Of a stretch of DNA of 60,000 nt, positions 1 to 11,415 are shown in pieces. The stretch spans positions 20,648,001 through 20,708,000 of the forward strand of contig CM075987.1 of assembly GCA_038087875.1 (NCBI GenBank). The letters are read 5' to 3'. Within the stretch, counting starts at the first letter, position 1. Every line of letters begins with the position of its first letter. This stretch comes from Malacoraja senta (taxonomy: Eukaryota). The position numbers were made by a program, and so were the translations under genes. The notes beneath the pieces were generated by a model that searched no databases, had not been told where the DNA came from, and saw only the letters and a program-made list of their open reading frames with translations.

Positions 1-95
1 GGCATTGTCCCTCAGGCAATAGTAACAGTGCATGAGGGTATGGAGTGATAGATCACAGTGGGTGTGAGGTGGATAATTAAAGTAGCAGGCGAAAC

Positions 96-420
96 GTGTA
101 GGAAGGAACCGCAGATGCTGGTTGACACAGACGTTAGACACAGATTGCTGGTGTAACTCAGCGGGACAGGCAGCATCTCTGGATAGAAGGAATGTGTAAC
201 GTTTCGGGTCGAGACCCTTCTTCAGACTGAGAGTCAAGGGAGAGGGAAACAAGGGTGTGAATGCGAGAGATCAAAGGAGACAAAGTTCAAGGAAAATGTG
301 GAATAGATCATTGTTAACTAAGGGACAACGAGTCATACAATGTAACATTTAATCAGAGGACAGTCAGACTGGTTGGAGAACTAGGATGGGGGAGGGATGG
401 AGTGAGAGTAGCAGGGTTGG
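96..420 (-). mobile_element. Penelope-like element 3' end/pLTR fragment with hammerhead-like core
   Basis: Matches the 3' ends of the longer Penelope copies at 11416-12643 and 32574-34392; contains the reverse complement of CTGAAGAAGGGTCTCGACCCGAAACGT. Confidence 0.8.
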
Positions 421-1055
421 GAAGACAGTCAGATTAGATGAAGTAGTTATTTTTTTAACTGGTCTAGACACAATAGGCAAAGCATATCCCTTCTATGTCG
501 TAAAGTTTCCGTGACTCCATGTGGCTCAGTGTCAAGTATTTTCTAAACACGTTTCTGTGAAGTGTCTTGGAACTTTTAACTCTGCTAAAAGAGTTGTATA
601 AATACAAGCTGTTGCTGCTGGAACAGGGAAATGTTTCAACATTCCTGATGAATTTAAAGCCTGCTCTACATATTTATTATCTACTCAATTAATAATTCAG
701 TTTTATCAAATGCAATTCATTTATTTTATTAATTGACCTCCACTACACCATCGCCTGCATTGGCCGCATTCTATCATCTATGATTTGTACAGATCAATTC
801 TTCATATTCCTGACACAGTGATCTTTATATTCAAAGGAGAAATTCCATTCCATGCTAATTCTATGCTAATGTATAGCAGTGAACCGATTTGTTTAAACTC
901 ACCAACAGTGTGTGTGAGTGTGTGTTTTTGTGTAAATGAGAGTGAGAAAACAATACTGATAAATAGATGAAAACAAGTCTGACGGTGGTGGAAGGCAGTG
1001 ACAGGGCACAACAGACAATCATTTGTATGCATGTCTGTGTGAGAGAGTTATGTGT

Positions 1056-1179
1056 AGGAAGGAACTGCAGATGCTGGTTTAAACTGAATATACACACAAA
1101 AAGCTGGAGTAACTCAGCGGGACAGGCAGCATCTCTGGAGAAAAGGAATGGGTGACGTTTCGGGTCGAGACCCTTCTTC
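1056..1179 (-). mobile_element. Solo Penelope pLTR-derived short insert
   Basis: TSD agagttatgtgt at 1044-1055 and 1180-1191; boundary falls in the CTGAAGA core. Confidence 0.85.
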
Positions 1180-1619
1180 AGAGTTATGTGTCGGTCAGTT
1201 TGGATCAGAATTGTGGGTATGTTTGTGTGTAACAGTTGTACAGGAGATCTTCTCCACTCTTGACCACATGTGGCCAATCCAAACTATGAATAGTGCAAAG
1301 CTAACGCATGACTACGATGTAGCTCTGATCCAGGTGATATGGTACTGCCACACATTTTGTGTTAGCTGGTTTTCTACGGGGAGATCATTTCATTGAATCC
1401 GTACCTATTCCCCCATTGAAGACGTGCGTGGCTATCAATCTCTCAAATCCATTTACTCTCAGTGTTCCCCTCTCCTTTTCTAACTTTTGGACAAGGGTCC
1501 AATTATCAGCACTCAAAATCTCTGTTTCGTCATTCTCAACAGAAACAGAAAATGCGGGAAGCACTCAACTGGTCGAGTAGTATCTGTGAAAAGAGAAACA
1601 GAGTTAATGTTTCAGTCAG

Positions 1620-1900
1620 AGTCACACACTGGAAATAGGCCTGTCAGCCCATCGGTTCCACCTGGACTATAAAGCACCTATTTACACCAATCCTATTTTA
1701 TTCTCTCCATGTTCCAATCACCTCCTCCAAGATTCTATCACCCCCTACACATAATGAGCAAGTAACAATGGGCAATTATCCCTCCCACCCAAACGTCTTT
1801 GGCATGAGAATGAAACCCATGTGCCACAGAGAGAACATGCAAACTCCACACAGACAGCGTTGTTATCAGGACTAATCCCTGGGTCTATGAGACAGCAGCT
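1620..1900 (-). mobile_element. Decayed V-SINE/HE1-like SINE
   Basis: gagaacatgcaaactccacacagaca is the reverse complement of the V-SINE body seen at 18449-18781. Confidence 0.6.
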
Positions 1901-2640
1901 CGTCTCTGTCTTTGGATCAAGTTTTATTTTCATCCGACATTTTCAACCCAGCCCAAGCCTTAAACGGAATTCTGACCCAAGAGTGTTGCAAATTTTAATT
2001 CCTTTGTGTGGAAAAAATGTGCTCCTAATATCAATGATCTGACATTCAGTTTGAGGATAATTTCTCCCTATCTATATCCCTCAACTTGCTATCATCTTAA
2101 CGTGCTCAGAATGATCGGAATTTAGGTTTCTGCACTGAGGGGAAAAGACATATGATCTTTCAAATTTCATAATTTTAACGAATGTATCATTCTACTTCCG
2201 CTATTTTATGGACAGTGCAGATGAAAGAAATGATTTCTAAATACCGCAATCCATTTCACAATCTTCTGGATTGAACGCTGATGAAACAATTACAAAAATG
2301 GACTAATTCAGAACTTTCAAGATGGAAAAATGACTTGAGCCACAATAAGATAGAAATATATCCAGAGCCAAAGTAGGTCTTTGGTGGACAGCCACTCAGC
2401 CAGGTAGGTTTGAAGGAGTATTTGGAAAGAAGGGGAAAATGGACAGTGAAAGCTGGTGGGACAAAGAGGTTGAGTTGTCAGAGGGACAAAGATGAGGACA
2501 GTAGGAATGGACAGGAATCCAACAGTAAGGTGGAACCAAGAACAGAGGAGTTTTAATATGGGGACATGTAATTTAAAATGCAGGTTTTTGAAGGGATCTC
2601 AGATGACCAGTCGTGGGCCCACCAGCATTTACATGTAACT

Positions 2641-3250
2641 ACGGAAAAGGTGCTCCAGCGCCTCTACTTTCTTGGAGATTTAGCATGTCACCGAATACAT
2701 TAACAAACTTTTACAGATGCATTATGGAAAGTATCCTGATTGGTTGCATTATTGCCTGGTCTGGCAATTCCAATGCAATTGGAACACAAGAGGTTGCAGA
2801 GTGTGGTGGACTCAGCCATCACAGGCACAGCTCTCCCACCATCGAAACCATCTGCTTGAGGCGTTGTCTCAAGAAGGTAGCATTTATTATTGAGGAACCC
2901 CGCCATTTGGGCCACGCCGTCTTCTCCCAACTATCATCAGACAGGAGGTACAAATGGTTGAAGTTCCACACCACGAGTTTCAGTGACAACTACTTTCCTA
3001 CAACCATCAGGTTCTTGAACCCAACTGCATAACCCCAATCCTACCTAGGCAACTGAACACCAGGAACTACATCTTGCACTGCCTTTTTTTTCCCACTGTT
3101 TTGTAGAATTCACGTGCAATTTGTGTATAATTTATGTATTTGCATATTGTTTCATCTATCTGCCTGTGGTGCTGCCGCAAGCAAGTTTTCCTGTGTACCT
3201 TTACCTCACCGTAATCATGCATATGGCAATAAGCTTGACCTGACCTGATA
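2641..3250 (+). mobile_element. Rex1/Babar-like LINE 3' fragment
   Basis: Frameshifted QRLYFL...SMSPNTLTNFYRCIMESILIGCIIAW RT C-terminus, followed by a 3' UTR ending aataagcttgacctgacctga. Confidence 0.65.
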
Positions 3251-3343
3251 CCAGCGTGGGTGAATCATCCAAAGAATGGTTTAGAATGGTTTCTGAATTT
3301 AGAATTCAGAAGTCGTCTTGTTGAGTCTCATTGTCAGTAACTC

Positions 3344-3566
3344 GTTTTCACCTAGCCCACGGCTAAAAATGGCCTGTTTCCTTTATCATCGTCACTTTTT
3401 TGCATATCTTTCATTCATTTGTTCTATTTCTCTCTATATCACTCGTTTCCCTTTCCCCTGACTCTCAGTCTGAAGAAGGGTCTCGACCCGAAACGTCACC
3501 TATTCCTTTTCTCCAGAGATGCTGCCTGTCCCGCTGAGTTACTCCAGTTTTTTTATGTCTAACTTC
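3344..3566 (+). mobile_element. Penelope pLTR fragment
   Basis: Intact CTGAAGAAGGGTCTCGACCCGAAACGTC at 3470-3497 with the typical downstream pLTR sequence. Confidence 0.8.
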
Positions 3567-4018
3567 AGAACAAAAGCTGCTTTTGAATGTAACAAATGAC
3601 AAATACAATGGCTTCACACAGAATGTGCCCCTACAAGTAAGTGGGGTGCAGAGCAGCGAGGCTTGATTTGTGCCTGTGAGATGGAAACTTTTTGTGGCGC
3701 TAATCTAAAAATAACAATTGGCCCTACAGTCATGTTGTTAAGAAGCTCTTTAATAGATCGGAGTTACTTACAAATCTGCATTTCAATCCAACACTTAATT
3801 TAGTTTAGTTTAGTTTATTATTGTCATGTGTACTGAGGTACAGTGGAAAGGTTTTAATTGTATGCTATTCAGTGGTCAGATAAAGGATAAAGGGTACACC
3901 AGTTAGTGCAAGATCAAGTCTGCTAAATTCAGACTAAAGATAATTCAAAGGTAAAAGCTGATGTTTCTGGGACAAGCACACAAATAGTTGCCGAGCTCCG
4001 GCGCCATTTTAGGTGATC

Positions 4019-4552
4019 TTACTTGAGCATTCTAATTTGAGGAAGGACATCCTTGCTATTGAGGCAGTGTAGCGTAGGTTCACGAGGTTAATCCCCGGGA
4101 TGGCGGGACATGTCATATGAGGAAAGATTGGAAAGACTGGGCTTGTATTCATTGGAATTTAGAAGGATAAGAGGGGATCTTATAGAAACGTATAAAATTA
4201 TGAAAGGACTGGACAAGCTAGATGCAGGAAAATGTTTCCCAATGTTGGGGGAGTCCGCAGTCTAAGAATAAAGTGGAGGCCATTTAAAACTGAGATGAGA
4301 AACAACTTTTTCACCCAGAGAGTTGTGAATTTGTGGAATTCTCTGCCATAGAAGGCAGTGGAGGCCAATTTACTGGATGAATTTAAAAGAGAGTTAGATA
4401 GAGCTCTTGGGGCTAGTGGAATCAAGGGATATGGGGAGAAGGCAGGCATGGGTTACTGATTGTGGATGATCAGCCATGATCACAATGAATGGCGATGCAG
4501 GCTCGAATGACCAAATGGCCTCCTCCTGCACCTATTTTCTATGTTTCTATGT
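4019..4552 (+). mobile_element. CR1 LINE 3' fragment
   Basis: ORF2 C-terminus (YEERLERLGLYSLEFRR...FTQRVVNLWNSLP) and tttctatg tail. Confidence 0.9.
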
Positions 4553-5127
4553 TCCATAAGATGATCATGAGATAAATGTGCAAGCACCCACAAAGGAAAC
4601 CACAACTCCACTCAAAGGATGTGTTGAGAAATGTTCCATTTCAGATCACTCCTCGCTGTCAATTGCGTCAACAAGGGACAGGGTTCAAAGCTGTGGTCTT
4701 ATATCAAAAGAAACTTTATTCAAAAACATGCCAGTATTTAAAATAATATACGGTCGCTTCATGTTTACAGAAGGAACTGGTTTCACTAGTTTGCAAAATT
4801 ATTTCTGAAAACTGCTTCTGAGAGTTATGACCCAGGCAGAAAGACCATCAAGCAATTATAAAGGCAAATAGTGTGTGCAAGAGGATTTTTACTGTCAGAA
4901 GATTGAGTGCAAGAGTAGGGGCATGTTGCTCCACTTATATAGGGCCCTGGTGAGGCACCATCAGGAGTACTGTGCACCAGTCTGGTCCATTGGAAGCTGC
5001 ACTTCCCAGGTATGTCCATAGCTGGTCAACTGTGGACAGATGCAAAGTACTGCAGTCACATCACATTCTTACCCCATTATTCCCGACCTCCTGTTGCTAC
5101 AGCCAAGCTGCACAACAGCTAAGGTAA

Positions 5128-5433
5128 AGCCCCTGTCCCACTGTACGAGGTAATTCAAGAGCTCTCCCGAGTTTAAAAAAAAATCAAACTCATGGAAGCA
5201 CGTAGAATGTACGTCGGAGCTCGGGGACGTCTCTTAGCGGCTCGTAACGCTAACGGCAGGTACTCGGGAAACGCGGTAAGCTCGGGAAGACTCGCGAAGA
5301 TTTTTCAACATGTTGAAAAATGTCCACGAGAGCCCCGAGTACCTCCGAACGGCCATTACCGTAATTCTCCGAGTTCGAATCAGGGCAAACTCGGGAGAAC
5401 TCTTGAATGAACTCGTACAGTGGGACAGGGCTT
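5128..5433. mobile_element. MITE, PIF/Harbinger-like
   Basis: ~47-bp imperfect TIRs agcccctgtcccactgtacgag.../...ctcgtacagtgggacagggct; flanks taa/tga. Confidence 0.75.
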
Positions 5434-5940
5434 TGAAGCTGAGAAGATGGATAAGATATAGATGGTATCAGCAAGTGGAAACTCATTTAATCAAAGTGTT
5501 TGACGAACTGAAAAACAAGCCCAGGACAGGACAGCTGAGACCAAGAAGTGATCCCATTACAACTGCATTACTTGTGTTCCTTGTGAAAGATGATCCATGC
5601 ATTCGGGCACATACATATGACCGCCGCCTCAAAGAATGAATTCTCGCAGTCTTCAATCCAAACTCCCTGCTCACATTTTGTTTTTGCCTGCCTTTTATAT
5701 TGATGCAGCTCCTCTCAAGCCTATCACCTCCTCTACCTGAACACACAAGGCCACCGGCCACTTGGAAACAGAGCTATCTTCAGGTTTCCCCATCTCAGTC
5801 ATGTATCACCAGCATTGGTTCAGAATTCTCAAACTCCCAACACAGCACCCTTCACTACTCATAGAAACAAGTAGATGCTGGTTTACAACCCCCCCCCCCC
5901 CCCCCCCACAAGTGCAGGCATAACTCAGCGGTCAGGCAGC

Positions 5941-6436
5941 ATAGAAACATAGAAACATAGAAACATAGAAATTAGGTGCAGGAGTAGGCCATTCGGCCCT
6001 TTGAGCCTGCACCGCCATTTAATATGATCATGGCTGATCATCCAACTCAGTATCCCGTACCTGCCTTCTCTCCATACCCTCTGATCCCTTTAGCCACAAG
6101 GGCCACATCTAACTCCCTCTTAAATATAGCCAATGAACTGGCCTTGACTACCCTCTGTGGCAGAGAGTTCCAGAGATTCACCACTCTCTGTGTGAAGAAA
6201 GTTCTTCTCATCTCGGTTTTAAAGGATTTCCCCATTATCCTTAAGCTGTGACCCCTTGTCCTGGACTTCCCCAACATCGGGAGCAATCTTCCTGCATCTA
6301 GCCTGTCCAACCCCTTAAGAATTTTGTAAGTTTCTATAAGATCCCCTCTCAATCTCCTAAATTCTAGAGAGTATAAATCAAGTCTATCCAGTCTTTCTTC
6401 ATAAGACAGTCCTGACATCCCAGGAATCAGTCTGGC
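5941..6436 (-). mobile_element. CR1 LINE 3' fragment
   Basis: ORF 6047-6487 contains CR1 ORF2 C-terminus; (atagaaac)n tail at 5941-5970. Confidence 0.9.
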
Positions 6437-7310
6437 ATCCCTGGAGATCATGGACTGGTGATGTTTTGGGTGGGGACCCTGCCTCACCCCTCGCTCCTTC
6501 CAGGCTTACCAACAAGGGGAAACTACACATGGCCAATTAATGTCAGTGTTGTCAGCGATTCACATATCCTGGCAAGTCCTGCTTGGCCAGCTTTGTTATT
6601 CAGTGAAGGGTGGGATATGACACCACCACAGAGGAAGTCTGGTGCTTACTCAGATCTCCGCGCCCCAGACCCTGTTAAGTGCTTCCTGGTTTCTCACCAT
6701 CATCTGGACTTGGTTGGCAGCATTCTTGCCTTTGAGTCAGAGGGTTGTGAGCACGTCCTATTCCAGAGCTTTGAGGATTAAAAAGTCATGCTGACACTGT
6801 TTCATATGAGACTAGGTTTAGCTAAAAGGACACAAGGTACTGAAGTAACTCAGCAGATCAGGCAGCATCTGTGGAAGACTTGGATTGGTGATGTTTTGAG
6901 TCCGGATCCTTCTTGAGACTGATTGTAGGGCGGGTGAGGGGGGGGGGGGGGGGGAGCTGAGAGAGTGGAAAGGCAGCACAGAACCTGGCAGGTATTAGGT
7001 GGACACAGACAAGGGTTTTGTTTGATAGGCAGATGTTTGGAACAAAGGCCAGAGATTAAAGCAGGTGTGAGACAACCTGTTGTCAGGTGGATGTATGATG
7101 AAGAACAATGAGGTGTTCTGGCCCGCGTTTATATTTCAGCGAACATTAATAAAACAAATGGCCATTATCATGGTGCTTCTGTGCCAATCTCTAATATCAA
7201 CATAACACTCCATTTGTCGTACAGCAACAGCACATTGGGATGCCCCAGGGTTTTTTCAAAGTACTATAGAAATGCAAACCTTTCTTTGCTTTTCATTGTA
7301 CTGATATAAC

Positions 7311-9092
7311 CATAACAGCACGGAAACAGGCCATCTCGGCCCTTCAAGTCCGCGCCGAACATTTAATTTTTTTAAATTTTTATTTATTTATTTATTTATT
7401 TATTTATTTTTTAAATTAAAAATAAATACTTCCCCCTAGTCCCATCTACCTGCACTCAGACCATAACCCTCCATTCCTTTCCCGTCCATATACCCATCCA
7501 ATCTATTTTTAAAGGATAACATCGAACCTGCCTCCACCACTTCCACTGGAAGCTCATTCCACACAGCTACCACTCTCTGAGTAAAGAAGTTCCCCCTAAT
7601 GTTCCCCCTAAACTTCTGTCCCTTAATTCTCAAGTCATGTCCCCTTGTTTGAATCTTCCCTACTCTCAATGGGAAAAGCTTATCCACGTCCACTCTGTCT
7701 AACCCGCTCATAATTTTAAAGACCTCTATCAAGTCCCCTCTTAACCTTCTGCGCTCCAAAGAATAAAGACCTAACTTGTTCAACCTTTCTCTGTAACTTA
7801 GTTGCTGAAACCCAGGCAACATTCTAGTAAATCTCCTCTGTACTCTCTCTATTTTGTTGACATCCTTCCTATAATTAGGCGACCAAAATTGTACTCCATA
7901 CTCCAGAATTGGCCTCACCAATACCTTGTACAATTTTAACATTACATCCCAACTTCTATATTCAATGCTCTGATTTATAAAGGCCAGCACACCAAAAGCT
8001 TTCTTTACCACCCTATCTACATGAGATTCCACCTTCAAGGAACTATGCACAGTTATTCCTAGATCCCTCTGTTCAACTGCATTCCTAAATTCGCTACCAT
8101 TTACCGTGTACGTCCTATTTTGATTTGTCCTGCCGAGATGTAACACCTCACATTTGTCAGCATTAAACTCCATCTGCCATCTTTCAGCCCACTCTTCCAA
8201 ATGGCCTAAATCTCTCTGTAGACTTTGAAAATCTACTTCATTATCCACAACACCACCTATCTTAGTATCATCTGCATACTTACTAATCCAATTTTCCACA
8301 CCTTCATCCAGATCATTGATGTACATGACAAACAACAGTGGACCCAACACAGACCCCTGAGGCACCCCACTAGTCACCGGCCTCCAACCTAACAAACAGC
8401 CATCCACCATTACTCTCTGGCATCTCCCATTCAGCCACTGTTGAATCCATCTTGCTACTCCACCATTAATACCCAACAATTGAATCTTCTTAACCAACAA
8501 TCCTGAGATTGTTACCTTTGTAGACCTTCTCCTTAACTCTCCTCCCAACTCCTTAAATTCTCCTTTCAAGACCTCTTCTCTTTTTCTACCTATGTCATTG
8601 GTACCTATATGTACCACAACCTCAGGCTCCTCTCCCTCCGATTTCAGGATATCTTGGACGCGTTCAGACACATCCCTGACCCTGGCACCAGGGAGGCAAA
8701 CTACCATTCGGGTCTCCTGACTGCGTCCACAGAATCGCCTATCCGACCCCCTAACCATAGAGTCCCCTATTACTATTGCCCTCCTCTTCTTTTCCCTACC
8801 CTTCTGAGCAATAGGGCTGGTCTCTGTGCCGGAGGCCCGGCCGCTGTTGCTACCCGCAGGAAGGCTGTCCCCCTCAACAGTACTCAAACAGGAGTACTTA
8901 TTTTCAAGGTGTACAGCCACCGGGGTACTCACTAGTCCCTGCCTCTGCCCCTTGACCTTCCTAACCGTGACCCACTTGTCTGCCTCCCGTGGTCTTGGAG
9001 TGGCCACCTCCCTATAACTCTTTTCTATGACCTCCTCACTCTCCCTGATCAGACAGAGGTCATCGAGCTGCTGCTCCAGGTTCCTAACACGG
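7311..9092 (-). mobile_element. Internally deleted CR1 LINE with in-frame ORF1-ORF2 fusion (ORF 7436-9007, 523 aa)
   Basis: N-part has ORF1 esterase motifs (IVIGDSMVRG, VVCLPGA, VVHIGTND); C-part has RT motifs ([14 protein letters not shown]) and the CR1 C-terminus; junction near 8495-8498. Confidence 0.9.
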
Positions 9093-9590
9093 TAAATAAC
9101 TTACATATAACTTAATAAACATATAACTTACAAACATATACGGGCGGCATTTGTCAGTTCTGTCATAGTATAGCCCTCTTTCTGTACCACTGATGCCTTA
9201 ACTTTCACCAAACCCATCCCCTCCTTATTTCATTCCAGGCAATGGCCAAGTGTGCAGCCATGTCACTAACTATCAGACATTAGTTCATCTCAGCCACTGG
9301 TGTTGTCTCAGCATGTTCCCCACTGAGCAACAGATGTCATCATCAAAAGTCCTGTCGATTTTCTCCGCAGTCACTAAACAGATGAGCAGGTCACCAGCAC
9401 ATTGCCGTGTGTGGGATCTTGTGATGCATAACTTGGCTGTCTTGTTTCCACACTGATTGGGGTGATCACTCAGTAAAGTGCATTGGAGCATCTTGGTGAA
9501 AGATGGTTTCAAAATACTTTCTTTAAGATTCCCAACCCTCTAGTTGGTTTCTGGAGTAAGGGCTGATGTTTGGCTCAATGATTGCTCTTA

Positions 9591-9953
9591 ATAGACAATA
9601 GACAATAGGTGCAGGAGTAGGCCATTCGGCCCTTCGAGCAAGCACCGCCATTCAATGTGATCATGGCTGATCATCCCCAATCAGTACCCCGTTCCTGCCT
9701 TCTCCCCATATCCCCTGACTCCGCTATTTTTAAGAGCCCTATCTAGCTCTCTCTTGAAAGCATCCAGAGAACCTGCCTCCACCGCCCTCTGAGGCAGAGA
9801 ATTCCACAGACTCACCACTCTCTGTGAGAAAAAAGTGTTTCCTCGTCTCCGTTCCAAATGGCTTACTCCTTATTCTTAAACTGTGGCCCCTGGTTCTGGA
9901 CTCCCCCAACATCGGGAACATGTTTCCTGCCTCTAGCGTGTCCAAGCCCTTAA
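9591..9953 (-). mobile_element. CR1 LINE 3' fragment
   Basis: ESRTRGHSLRI motif; (atagaca)n tail. Confidence 0.85.
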
Positions 9954-10019
9954 TGTCTGACCCTGATAGTCTAGCTGAGGAACTTGATTGGTTTAGAAGT
10001 CTGGTGGGCATCAACCAAT

Positions 10020-10243
10020 GTGTGGGAAAGAACTGCAGATGCTGGTTTACACCGAAGATAGACACAAAATGCTGGAGTAACTCAGCGGGTCAGACAGCAT
10101 CTCTGGAGAAAAGGAATAGGTGGAGGAAAAGGAATCGGACAGTGTTTCAGAAGGGTCTCGACCCGAAACGTCACCCATTCCTTTACTCTAGACATGCTGC
10201 CTGACCCGCTGAGTTACTCCAGCTTTTTTGTGTCTATCTTTGG
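10020..10243. mobile_element. Fold-back Penelope pLTR palindrome (older copy)
   Basis: Two inverted pLTR halves; degenerate flanking repeat atcaaccaatgt/atcagccattgt. Confidence 0.7.
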
Positions 10244-10486
10244 TTATCAGCCATTGTCTGTGCAGCCCAGCAGTTATCTCTGATTGGCAACACAGCTCTG
10301 TGATTGGGACCCTTGTGCGACAGTGAGGGAAATGAAATGTTCTGCCGACTGAAGACTTTGATCCAGTTTCCACGAGATTGGTCAGATTGATTGGATCCTT
10401 TCCATGATATAATCTAGATTAAATGGACAGTTTATCTCAGCAGTGGGGATTTCTTTATTAAGGGTTGAGGATAGGCTTCACATTTG

Positions 10487-10822
10487 CCCCTCCCCCTTCC
10501 CACTCCCACACTGACCTTTGTGTCCTGGGCCTCCTCCACTGTCAGAGTGAGGCCACATGCAAATTGGAGGAACAGCACCTCATATTTCGCTTGGGCAGCT
10601 TACACCCCAGCGGTATGAGTTTTGATTTCTCTTATCTTGGTCATCGGTGCTGGCTCTGATTCGTTCTGATCCTTTTCACACCTCTAGTTTCCCTCCCCCT
10701 GACTCTTCGATCTGAGACGCCACCTATTCCTTTTCTCCAGGGATGCTGCCTGACCCGCTGAGTTACTCCAGCATTTTGTGTCAATCTTCGGTGTAAACCA
10801 GCATCTGCAGTTCCTTCCTACA
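10487..10822 (+). mobile_element. Penelope 3' fragment
   Basis: ORF end LEEQHLIFRLGSLHPSGM followed by pLTR. Confidence 0.8.
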
Positions 10823-10966
10823 TATTTGATGTACAGTTTGTTGGTGTTAGATTTGCTTAAACAAGGTTTGTTGCGTTCGTATTGCCGATATCCCCTGTGT
10901 TCTCAATGTCACGGATCAAATACTTAAATATTTCAGTATCTTTCAAGGATCACGATAACTATGTGG

Positions 10967-11004
10967 TTGGGGTTGGGGTTGGGGTTGGGGTTGGGGGGGG
11001 GGGG
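10967..11004 (+). repeat. (TTGGGG)4 plus TTG12 G-rich tract
   Basis: Direct reading. Confidence 0.9.
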
Positions 11005-11415
11005 ACTAATGGTTGATTCGGAGAAGGAGTATCGATCGTTTGGTCAGGTAGGCAATCTACAGCCTGACACTGAAGCAACAGTTAAAGGTCGTGGGTGTCT
11101 AAAAATCACGATGGAACATTCCTGGCTGCTTTAAATTCTAAAGTGCAGGAAACAGACCATAGGCGAGGCTCCTGCAAAAGATGGAAGAGAGACAGCACCA
11201 AAGTCATGATCAGACACTGCATCCAATGCAAGGGACAAGGCACTCGTTCTGAGAGGCTGTTCCAACACACGAACTGCAGCCTTCCTGAGCCGTGCTATGT
11301 TTTAAGCATTTAATAGCCAGGAAGATGCGTAGCACTCCCAATACAGTCCGGGCGCTTGGGGGGGTGTAACGGGTTGTTTGATGGGAGGGTAAAAGGAAAG
11401 AATGAATGGGAAAGG

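Noticed and set aside
1244..1333. Possible 90-nt exon cag|EIFSTLDHMWPIQTMNSAKLTHDYDVALIQ|gt with a trypsin-like HDYDVAL motif
   Set aside because: Weak donor (gtgata), poor pyrimidine tract, the preceding residues do not fit S1 proteases, and no companion exons were seen
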